A stretch of DNA of 32,000 nt, from positions 29,442 through 61,441 of the forward strand of contig NZ_BFAQ01000011.1 in the NCBI RefSeq assembly GCF_002933855.1, read 5' to 3'. A program made the position numbers and the translations under genes. Source of the stretch: Vibrio penaeicida. GTDB taxonomy: Bacteria > Pseudomonadota > Gammaproteobacteria > Enterobacterales > Vibrionaceae. The notes under the pieces are model-generated. The model ran no database searches, was not told the DNA's origin, and was given only the letters and a program-made list of their open reading frames with translations. This document shows, one piece after another, positions 10,109 to 18,057 of this stretch. Every line of letters begins with the position of its first letter. The first letter of the stretch is position 1.

Positions 10109-13100
10109 TTACTTCTTTATAGGGGTTCCGCGCGAAATCATTTCACACAGGTAGCTTCCATCGCTATCAAGCGGTTTTTCAACTAGCCAGCGAATCGGTG
10201 AAATAACTGGGCTGGTAGTGAATCGCACGGACGTTTCTAAGATCGCAGAAAACGGCACACTTAAGTCAAAGTCTTCAAAATTACCGGAAACTTCAATCGG
10301 TGTTTGAAGGCTAAATATCTGGGCTGATTTGGGTCTTGGCGCGAGATAAAGATCGAACGTTCTATCCGAGTAAGAAGCTGAAAAGTTACCATTTACTTGA
10401 ATACGCGTTGTGTCCAGTAACAAGTCCCGCTGCTGCAAATCACCATTTGTGATATCAAAGCCGCCTGCCACGCAATTTAGAACCGATTCCTGTTCCTTGG
10501 TAAAGCTAGGCAATATTGCATCGGTTAAATTGACGGCCCAAAGGTCGATTAAGTCCGCTTCAAACTCCTGTGGCCAAATAGAAAAACCAATAAACCCGTT
10601 AGCGTTATTCATGAGATTATCAGGAGTGTTGGCCAAACTGGTTAAATTAAAGTAAGTACTGAGATTTCCACCCATATCTGTCTTAGTATCGATACGTCTA
10701 GCGATAATACCGTAGTCAAAATGATGTACTTGCCCTTGAATAGCGATATCGAATTGGTCTTGTCGAGCTTCAATTTGCCCAGCCAAAGAAAAGGAGCCGC
10801 CAGGAATACTGATTTTTAATGGAGAGACACGTAATTTTCCATCCAATAGTGATAGCTTCGCGGATGTTGCGCCTAACCAATCATCACCTGAACGAACATT
10901 ACTTACCTCTATATCCATTTCTACGTTTGCCCATGATAAGCCTTCAGGGCTAACGACAAGTGGTTGTGTTGTGCTTTCTTCTACAGTTGGCTTGCGACTA
11001 GAGGTTTCTCGGTTAGCAGAATTCGGTATCCAAGCTTTCCAGTTGCCCACTTTAAAGTCGTCCATTTGAATCTGCGATGATGACAGGCTTAATACAATGT
11101 CAGGACGCGAATATTTCCCGAGTGGGCGGAATTGCCCAGTACCAATAAGCTCACTCTTACCGATATTGAGGACAAGTTGCTGTAATTGATATTGAACGTC
11201 ATCTAGCGATAACTTGGCCGATAAATCAATTGGACCATAAGGCGGAAGCTTGACCCCTGTGAACTCGTTAAGCCTATTTAAATTAGGAATAGCCGCGTTT
11301 AATTGGAGTTCCAATTGAGTGAAGTCCAGTGGTAGGGCAATGTCCGTTGAGGCTTCAATTTTTATATCACCAAGGGTAAAAAAGACATTAGCAGGTAAGC
11401 TTTCTGAAAGCCTATTGGCTTCTTTCAGAGAAACCGATTGGATGCTCAGTGTTGTTTTTTTATCCTGTACGGAGCCCGTCAGTAGCAGCTCGGTGTTGAG
11501 CTCCGGTCCGGTATGAAAATGCCCTTCCGAGATGTGAATGTCCATCGATTTTCCGGTATAGATATCCGGAACCTTGAGATACCCACCTTCAAGTAAAGCT
11601 TGTACTTGAGTCATCTCCATGAATTCAAGTAACGTTTTTCCTGAAAGTGATAAGCTTACTCGGGCACTATCTAATGCCATTTCCATGTCATCGGCGATGC
11701 CAAAGCTTTTAGCGATAGCAGCAATATTCGGTGAGTCAGCTTTAAGGTTAAGCGTTGAGGATATTTGAGCAGCGTTGATGCTAACAGCAAGATCGCCTGT
11801 CATTAGGTTGTCGGCGAGGCGCATTGAAAACGGCGCAGGTTTCATTATGCCGTTTCGAAGCTTACCCGAGAAGGTGATGTGTTTGAGGCTTTGATTTGAC
11901 CATCGCATATCACCGACATTTAGGTTGATATCCGCATCCACAATAGTAATGTCGTTACTCAAGATAGGAACGGAAAGGTTGACCCCTTGAGTTGGTATGG
12001 CTTGTTCTACTTCTGGTAACGTTTCTTCTTGTGCTAACAAGGCGAGTTGATTGAAATCCAATATAGAAAAATCAGCATCGATATCCACAAATGAGCGTTT
12101 AGGATCGTTTAACCATTTGAGTGCTAATGTCCCTTTGCTGTCCATAACACGAAGGTTTTGAGTGGAAAGTGTCAGCCACTCATTTTGATGTTCTAAGGTC
12201 GCATTGAGCTTTAGAGGTCCGCTAGCCCCTGACTGCGTACCTAACCAAGGTGAAAGTTTTGCGATATTCGGGCTCGATATGTCCAGCTTAAATTGGCTGC
12301 CAACTTGCCAGCGTGTTTCAGGGAGAGAGCCAAACGCGTGAATATTCAGTATTGGGCTGTCTAGTGTGATGGTCGTTTCCCAATCTCGCTTGTTGATGAT
12401 GTCTGACAGTGCCCCCGCTTTAGCTGTGATGGTAGCAGGCACACCTTGGAGGTTACCGCGAATATCGACATCGACTGGCTGGTTCATTCCTGCTTTAAAT
12501 CGCGCTTTCTCAATGGCATAGTTTGCACCTTCTGTCCAAGATATAGCGGCATTATCCAATGCAAAAGCGAGGCGACTGTTGTCTATCCATTCCTTAAGTT
12601 TGGTGCCTTCAGTTTGGACACTCAGTAACGCACTTTCAAGGTGACCATCTGCTTCTTCGATACCCGCCAGCCAATGAGCGAGTTCACCGAGTGGAGAGTC
12701 TTGGGCACCAAGCTCTATATTTAAAGTTGAAGACCATTCGGTTGCGTCAATTGATGCCTTCCCTCGGAAAGGAACTTGAGCGATATCGGCAGAAATGGGC
12801 GCGTTCAATGTTCCTTTCTCGCTTACGACGGCAAGAGATAGGTTTTTTATTTCTGTTCCAAGCCCTAATATTTCTCCTATAGAGACAGAAAGGTTGGTTT
12901 GGGTAGAGACCAGCCATTGATCAAGAGCTTGCTGCAGCGGGGACTTTTGCGGTGGTGCAGACGCATACCCCATCATTTGCTGTTCTGGCTCTGGTTGTAG
13001 CCAAGGCTTAAGATCGATCACAGGAATCGTGAGTTTGCCATCAATGGTGTTGACGTCACCAAGTGCAATGTCCAGATACCCTTCTGCTTGTGTGATAGGG

Positions 13101-14101
13101 CTATCCACGTTAAGCGACTTAATGTGCAGTGCGCCCTGTTTTGCCGATATGTCAGCGGAGATACTAAGTGGAGCTATATGATAGACATCGAGCCCCAGTA
13201 AGGCTTCAATAGGCTGTGTGTCGAGCCAGTCTAATTGGATGTTTGCCGTTGAAAGCGCTTTCCCGTTTGGTTGAATATTGGAATTGAATTCCAGAGAAGC
13301 GCCTGCGAAATGACCTTTGACGTCAAGAGAGCCTGTTTGGGCATTGAGGAGCTTTTCTATTTCTCCCGTGACACTCAGGTTGTATTCTTGACCTAATGCT
13401 GCCCCTTTGGTGTTGAGATGCCAAATTTTATCATCTTTGGTTAAATCAAATTCATCCAGAAACCAATCCACATAAGTTTGGGTATTCTGATCTTCGTAAA
13501 TCACACTTAAGCTTTTGGCTACGGCTTTCTCACCGAGTTTGACCGTCCAATGCGCTAGCTTGCTGTCTGAATTTAAGGGGCTATCTGAATTTAAACTGCT
13601 CTCTGAATTGTCGCTGCTTTCTGGTGCCACTCTGGTTACTTGGGGAGCAACAGATTCCGCCTGCTTTCCAATTGCCCAGTTTTCATTGCCATCCATATCT
13701 TTTGCTAGATAGAGATGGATCCCTTCCAAATCAATGTAATCAATGAATAGTGTGTTTTCGAATAAGGGGAATATCGCCACTTTTGCCGAAGCGTGCCCCA
13801 CACGCAGCAGCGGTTGCCACTCTATTGAAGGAATATTCGCGACTTCAATATTATTAATTTCCAACTCAGGCCTAAACGATACATGAAATCGGATATCGCC
13901 ATCAATTTTGACAGGTCGATTGATCTGGTTTTCGAGAATGCTGGATATTTTTGGCTTATGCGCCGTTAGGTTTATGTTGAACCCTACGGTAAGCGCGATA
14001 GCCAGTATTGCAATGAATGAAAGAAGGGTTATACCCAAATATTTCAAGGTTTGAAGCAGAACAAATGGCATTTTAGTTTTGGTGGCTGTTGGCGTATTCA
14101 T
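10109..14101 (-). CDS. AsmA-family protein (large, 1330 aa)
   Basis: Single N-terminal TM (TLLSFIAILAIALTVGF), AsmA N-terminal motif (RPVKIDGDIRFHVSFRPELEINNIEVANIPSIE) and typical C-terminal AsmA region (GDLQQRDLLLDTTRIQVNGNFSASYSDRTFDLYLAPRPKS). Confidence 0.88.
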   Translation of the reverse strand: MNTPTATKTKMPFVLLQTLKYLGITLLSFIAILAIALTVGFNINLTAHKPKISSILENQINRPVKIDGDIRFHVSFRPELEINNIEVANIPSIEWQPLLRVGHASAKVAIFPLFENTLFIDYIDLEGIHLYLAKDMDGNENWAIGKQAESVAPQVTRVAPESSDNSESSLNSDSPLNSDSKLAHWTVKLGEKAVAKSLSVIYEDQNTQTYVDWFLDEFDLTKDDKIWHLNTKGAALGQEYNLSVTGEIEKLLNAQTGSLDVKGHFAGASLEFNSNIQPNGKALSTANIQLDWLDTQPIEALLGLDVYHIAPLSISADISAKQGALHIKSLNVDSPITQAEGYLDIALGDVNTIDGKLTIPVIDLKPWLQPEPEQQMMGYASAPPQKSPLQQALDQWLVSTQTNLSVSIGEILGLGTEIKNLSLAVVSEKGTLNAPISADIAQVPFRGKASIDATEWSSTLNIELGAQDSPLGELAHWLAGIEEADGHLESALLSVQTEGTKLKEWIDNSRLAFALDNAAISWTEGANYAIEKARFKAGMNQPVDVDIRGNLQGVPATITAKAGALSDIINKRDWETTITLDSPILNIHAFGSLPETRWQVGSQFKLDISSPNIAKLSPWLGTQSGASGPLKLNATLEHQNEWLTLSTQNLRVMDSKGTLALKWLNDPKRSFVDIDADFSILDFNQLALLAQEETLPEVEQAIPTQGVNLSVPILSNDITIVDADINLNVGDMRWSNQSLKHITFSGKLRNGIMKPAPFSMRLADNLMTGDLAVSINAAQISSTLNLKADSPNIAAIAKSFGIADDMEMALDSARVSLSLSGKTLLEFMEMTQVQALLEGGYLKVPDIYTGKSMDIHISEGHFHTGPELNTELLLTGSVQDKKTTLSIQSVSLKEANRLSESLPANVFFTLGDIKIEASTDIALPLDFTQLELQLNAAIPNLNRLNEFTGVKLPPYGPIDLSAKLSLDDVQYQLQQLVLNIGKSELIGTGQFRPLGKYSRPDIVLSLSSSQIQMDDFKVGNWKAWIPNSANRETSSRKPTVEESTTQPLVVSPEGLSWANVEMDIEVSNVRSGDDWLGATSAKLSLLDGKLRVSPLKISIPGGSFSLAGQIEARQDQFDIAIQGQVHHFDYGIIARRIDTKTDMGGNLSTYFNLTSLANTPDNLMNNANGFIGFSIWPQEFEADLIDLWAVNLTDAILPSFTKEQESVLNCVAGGFDITNGDLQQRDLLLDTTRIQVNGNFSASYSDRTFDLYLAPRPKSAQIFSLQTPIEVSGNFEDFDLSVPFSAILETSVRFTTSPVISPIRWLVEKPLDSDGSYLCEMISRGTPIKK
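13564..13617. repeat. Three imperfect in-frame 18-bp tandem units inside the AsmA-like gene
   Basis: ctgtctgaatttaagggg / ctatctgaatttaaactg / ctctctgaattgtcgctg; encodes NSESSLNSDSPLNSDSK. Confidence 0.7.
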
Positions 14102-14205
14102 AGCACGTTATACGGTGTGTCTGATGTCATATTAGGCGCAAAGGACAATAGCACAGACCCAAGCAAAAATATAAAGTTATGATCGCGATAATGAGAGTAC
14201 CGCAC

Positions 14206-14850
14206 CTAGTGCCGAGTACTTCGTTTTATGTAGATGCTTACGCGACGATTGGCTTTTCTTTGAGCTGCGAGTTCCACTGTATCTGATATTGTTGGGTAGG
14301 TATCTGCGTACGCGACAGCACTCAGTTTTGTCTTGTCGATAGACAAGGAAATCAGCTGTTTTGTTACGCCTATTGCTCTTGCACCGGAAAGCTCCCAGTT
14401 GCTATCGAAATGGTCGTTATGAATAGGTAAGTCATCTGTATGACCTTCGACGACAATTTCCTTTCCCTCCAAACTTGTACGTTCTATAGACGACGCAAAA
14501 ATTGTCAACAGCCGAACGCCTTCATTGCTTAACTTTGCGGAACCTTCTTCGTAAAGTGCTTCTGTGTCGAAATCCACTTTAATTCCATCAGGCATTTTCG
14601 TTAAGGAGATAGGCTCATGCTCAGTCGATTGCTTTAGGGCTTGAATGAGCAGGGTCATTGGCATCTCGGCTTTTCGATCCGATAGCGCGTTCCAACTGGC
14701 TTTCAGCTCTTCAAACTTTCCTTGGTCGATTTGAGAAGTGGCGAGAATAACGATGAAGAAAGTCATCAAAAGTGTAATGAAATCACTGTACGTTACTAGC
14801 CAGTCATTTTCTTCTCGGACATCGGCACCACTCTGTCTTCTGCGCGGCAT
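14206..14850 (-). CDS. MotB-like stator protein with OmpA/MotB peptidoglycan-binding domain
   Basis: 214 aa; TM with conserved ion-binding Asp context NDWLVTYSDFITLLMTFF (D23), and EGHTDDLPI...SNWELSGARA...NRRVSIYI OmpA-C/MotB motif. Confidence 0.93.
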   Translation of the reverse strand: MPRRRQSGADVREENDWLVTYSDFITLLMTFFIVILATSQIDQGKFEELKASWNALSDRKAEMPMTLLIQALKQSTEHEPISLTKMPDGIKVDFDTEALYEEGSAKLSNEGVRLLTIFASSIERTSLEGKEIVVEGHTDDLPIHNDHFDSNWELSGARAIGVTKQLISLSIDKTKLSAVAYADTYPTISDTVELAAQRKANRRVSIYIKRSTRH

Positions 14851-14852
14851 AA

Positions 14853-15632
14853 TTAGGACTCCAGCCTTTTCTTGGGAGAGAGATAGCTGTTCATCGAGTC
14901 TTTGATGTGCATATCAGGTTGCTTTTCCGTCATCATCACAAAGGCTTGGATCTGCATATCTCGATGGCGAAAATTGTCGTCAGATTTACGCCTAACATTG
15001 ATCGCAGAAGGCTTGAACAAAGCCTGAGCAAGTAGAGTGCCGTATAACGTTGTAAGTAGGGCAATCGCCAGCCCTTTCCCCATGGTAGCCATGTCACCAT
15101 CTAAGCTATCCAGCATAACAATCAACCCAACCAGTGTGCCTATCATGCCAAATGCAGGAGAGAAATTTGCCATAGTACTCAACACATTGGCGGGTTGTGC
15201 TTCTTGCACTCGCTGGCTTTCGTTACTTTCATCAAGCAAATTACGAAGTGCCTTCCCTTTGTAGCCTGTGCCCAGTAACTCTATGGCCATTGCAATGAAA
15301 GGGTCTTTTAACTCTTTATTTGTTAAGGTTTTTTCCAAGCCAGTAATTCCTTCGGTGCGATACACCTTGTTCCATTCTAATGAGCGAATGATAGAAGAGT
15401 GCTTCAGTTTGGTTTCATTCCTACCATCAAATAAGCTTGCAATAACCGCTTGAATGGCTTTAAAGAAAAGAGGGTAAGAGTAGCTAATTAGGGCTGCAGT
15501 TGACGTTCCTCCTGCAACAATCAGAAAGCTGGATAAGCTAACAAATAGCCAATAATTATCGGTGCTTGAAACCACAGCGGTAGTCAAGACAGCGGCAGAA
15601 AACAGCCATCCCGTAATGGTACTCAAAGACAT
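14853..15632 (-). CDS. MotA/PomA-like stator protein
   Basis: 259 aa; PAFGMIGTLVGLIVMLDSL...MGKGLAIALLTTLYGTLLAQALFKP is the TM3-TM4 signature of MotA/PomA; upstream TM pair and cytoplasmic loop present. Confidence 0.93.
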   Translation of the reverse strand: MSLSTITGWLFSAAVLTTAVVSSTDNYWLFVSLSSFLIVAGGTSTAALISYSYPLFFKAIQAVIASLFDGRNETKLKHSSIIRSLEWNKVYRTEGITGLEKTLTNKELKDPFIAMAIELLGTGYKGKALRNLLDESNESQRVQEAQPANVLSTMANFSPAFGMIGTLVGLIVMLDSLDGDMATMGKGLAIALLTTLYGTLLAQALFKPSAINVRRKSDDNFRHRDMQIQAFVMMTEKQPDMHIKDSMNSYLSPKKRLES

Positions 15633-17467
15633 TAGGCTAGTTCCTCCAGCTCACTCATTTTAAACTTATTTTCTTCTAACGCTTGACGCATGACCCTAAC
15701 AATATCTTGCTTGGCAGCGTTTCTATCGTTTTCGTTGACGTCCGTTGCCATCTCTAATTCACTGATTACCATATTGACGTAGCGGTTTGGACAGCCTGAA
15801 ATCAGCGCTTTTACGCGTTCCACTGGCATATCTGAAAAGGCGTTAGCAAGTGTTTGAGCATCAAGATTTCGGATATGATTGCTAATGATTTGTGTCGGTG
15901 TTCGCCAAATGTCATCAAAGCTATAAAAACGTTGTTTTAGCTGCACATAAGCACCCGGAGACGTTTCTTTTAACTGGGTTAATAGGTCGTTTTGTTTGGT
16001 GATACTTAACCCATCGAGGATTTGAGTCAAAACGAAAGGACCATCAGTAGGTAGCGTTCTAAAGTCTGGAACGGTTTGAGCTTTCGTCGCCAACGAAGAA
16101 GCAACATCATTAAAGGTTGCCATAGGAAGAGTGTCTAACCGAGCAATTTCCATCGCCAATTCAGCCTGACGTTCCATTGGGTATAGAGAAAGCAGCGCTG
16201 CAGAATTCTCTGAAGAAAGTTGGCTAATCACCATAGCCTGTATACGCTCAGGCTCGTGCTCCAACAGCCAGCGGATTTGGTTGATGGACAGGGTCTCAAG
16301 AAAATCAAATGGTTGTGACTTTCGGGTTGAGTGTGCGTGAGGGTTTGAGTCGACAAGGAGCTGCTTGAATGCAGAAACGTGCTTTACGACTTGCTCGCGA
16401 TCATTTGGGTTTTGCTCCAAATAGCTTACATAGCTAGGTATCTGAGAAGTCAGGCTAGGGTACATAGTGGTGAACATCGCTCTCCCAAGCTCTTGATATA
16501 CGCAAGCAAACATAGGCAGATTTTGTTCGTTTAGGCTGAGTTTTCTGATGGTCTGATCGACTTGATGAGGCTCGCCTAAGCTGAATTTGACTAATTCTTG
16601 GCGACACGCCTCGTGTTCATAATACTGATGGGAAACTAAGGGCTCGGCTTGCAATGAGGAAGCAGGCTGAACATCGTTTACAGTATCGTTGTTTGGTCCT
16701 GCAGAGCGTGCGCGAAGCAGCATGACGATAAGAGTAATTATCACCAAGCCAAGCGCAATGAGCGTTAGCCAAAAGTAATCTAGCCAAAATACTTTCTCCT
16801 GAATTTGAGTGCTGTCTTTGTTGGGAACCTCAAATACGGTGCGGATGATGTCCAGCGAATCGCCTCTAAGTGGGTTGTAATCCACTTTTTGAATCAGAAG
16901 TTTTTTTAGGAGCTGTACGTTTTCGCTGCTCACCTTTTCGTCCAGCAATAGTGTTACGGACAACTTGTTGATTTCAGTAGAGAGAGGTTTGGCTTCCCTT
17001 TGGTTTTTGCTGATGTTAGCCGTTGGGTTGGGTGCCGGCGTATTTTGCTGGGGGGGAGGCGCTGGCTGAGCCATGGTCTGAACTGGAATCTCAATGTTCT
17101 CTTTGGCGGGCATGCCGCTTAATCCAGGCAGTTTAGGGACGAATTCAGCTACTCTTCGAACAGGTGCTGCAATGGTTGTCGTTCTTTGAGGGGCTCCAGT
17201 TTGATCGGCTTTAGTTTCGGGTGTTTTGGCTGCAGATGCATTAGCTACAGGTACGTTGATTCCCGAATTCTCCTTTTGTACGAACTCCGATTGAATGGTC
17301 AAGACATGCTTGTTGGGTCCTATGATACGTTCAATATCGTCATTTATGCGCGCTTCTAATCTCGCAGAGAATTCAAGCGCTTGGATCTCACTGGATGATT
17401 GCGCAAGGCTAAAGCTAGATATACAAAAAGGCAGAATAAAGGCAAGTTTAACTAATGGGTTCATCAT
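15632..17467 (-). CDS. FliF C-terminal-like / FliG-like fusion membrane protein
   Basis: About 611-616 aa (ORF track start 17482; the 17467 ATG gives a TAATG overlap with the upstream gene). Signal peptide; FliF ring-domain-like halves LEARINDDIERIIGPNKHVLTIQSEF and INKLSVTLLLD...LLIQKVDYNPLRGDSLDIIRTVFE; TM WLTLIALGLVIITLIVMLL; FliG-middle-like WLLEHEPERIQAMVISQLSSENSAALLSLYPMERQAELAMEIARLD; FliG-C-like FYSFDDIWRTPTQIISNHIRNLDAQTLANAFSDMPVERVKALISGCPNRYVNMVISELEMATDVNENDRNAAKQDIVRVMRQALEE. Confidence 0.82.
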   Translation of the reverse strand: MMNPLVKLAFILPFCISSFSLAQSSSEIQALEFSARLEARINDDIERIIGPNKHVLTIQSEFVQKENSGINVPVANASAAKTPETKADQTGAPQRTTTIAAPVRRVAEFVPKLPGLSGMPAKENIEIPVQTMAQPAPPPQQNTPAPNPTANISKNQREAKPLSTEINKLSVTLLLDEKVSSENVQLLKKLLIQKVDYNPLRGDSLDIIRTVFEVPNKDSTQIQEKVFWLDYFWLTLIALGLVIITLIVMLLRARSAGPNNDTVNDVQPASSLQAEPLVSHQYYEHEACRQELVKFSLGEPHQVDQTIRKLSLNEQNLPMFACVYQELGRAMFTTMYPSLTSQIPSYVSYLEQNPNDREQVVKHVSAFKQLLVDSNPHAHSTRKSQPFDFLETLSINQIRWLLEHEPERIQAMVISQLSSENSAALLSLYPMERQAELAMEIARLDTLPMATFNDVASSLATKAQTVPDFRTLPTDGPFVLTQILDGLSITKQNDLLTQLKETSPGAYVQLKQRFYSFDDIWRTPTQIISNHIRNLDAQTLANAFSDMPVERVKALISGCPNRYVNMVISELEMATDVNENDRNAAKQDIVRVMRQALEENKFKMSELEELA

Positions 17468-18054
17468 TATTTTTCCAGCCATTTCATCATTCGTTTTACT
17501 TCAGGGAGCTCAGGGTTGTGCTTCAACGCTTGTTGCCAAGCAATGATGGCATCTTCTACTTTGCCCAGTTTGTAAAGAACACTCCCCTTTGTCGCAAGAA
17601 TGTTTTCTGGCGTTTCTGTTAGTGGTTGAGCTTGTTCAAGTAGAGTCAGTGCGGCATTAAAATCGCCTTTCACTGCATTTTCTTGAGCTTCTAATTTGAG
17701 TGCGAGTGACCTCGCTTCATTGAATGGAGATACAGGTTCCTCCCCATTTTCTTCTTGAGAAGGTGCGGCATCTTCAGTTTGTGGGGCAGTTTCCTCAGGA
17801 AGAGGAAATGCTGACTCTTCCTGAGACACGGTTGTGTAAGTGGGCTCAGCACTGTCTGTCTCGATGGTTAACACCATATCCGGATCAGACAAATCAAATT
17901 GCACACCTGATTCATACTGGTTGCCCTGCATGTGTATGGTTATTTTTCCATCTTTCATTGCAACTCGTTGTCGAGTTTCTGATTGAGATGCTGATTCAGC
18001 CCAAGCTGGATTTGTCAGCAAAAATAGACAAGCACAAAGGATCGTATTCTTCAT
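17467..18054 (-). CDS. Secreted/periplasmic TPR-repeat protein
   Basis: 195 aa; signal peptide MKNTILCACLFLLTNPAWA; C-terminal TPR (ALTLLEQAQPLTETPENILATKGSVLYKLGKVEDAIIAWQQALKHNPELPEV). Confidence 0.8.
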   Translation of the reverse strand: MKNTILCACLFLLTNPAWAESASQSETRQRVAMKDGKITIHMQGNQYESGVQFDLSDPDMVLTIETDSAEPTYTTVSQEESAFPLPEETAPQTEDAAPSQEENGEEPVSPFNEARSLALKLEAQENAVKGDFNAALTLLEQAQPLTETPENILATKGSVLYKLGKVEDAIIAWQQALKHNPELPEVKRMMKWLEK

Positions 18055-18057
18055 GGA

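Noticed and set aside
14206-15632. MotA/MotB-like pair as a Zorya (ZorA/ZorB) anti-phage system
   Set aside because: No ZorC, ZorD or ZorE-like genes nearby. The MotA-like protein lacks the long cytoplasmic tail expected of ZorA, and the partner is FliG-like, which fits a motor module better.
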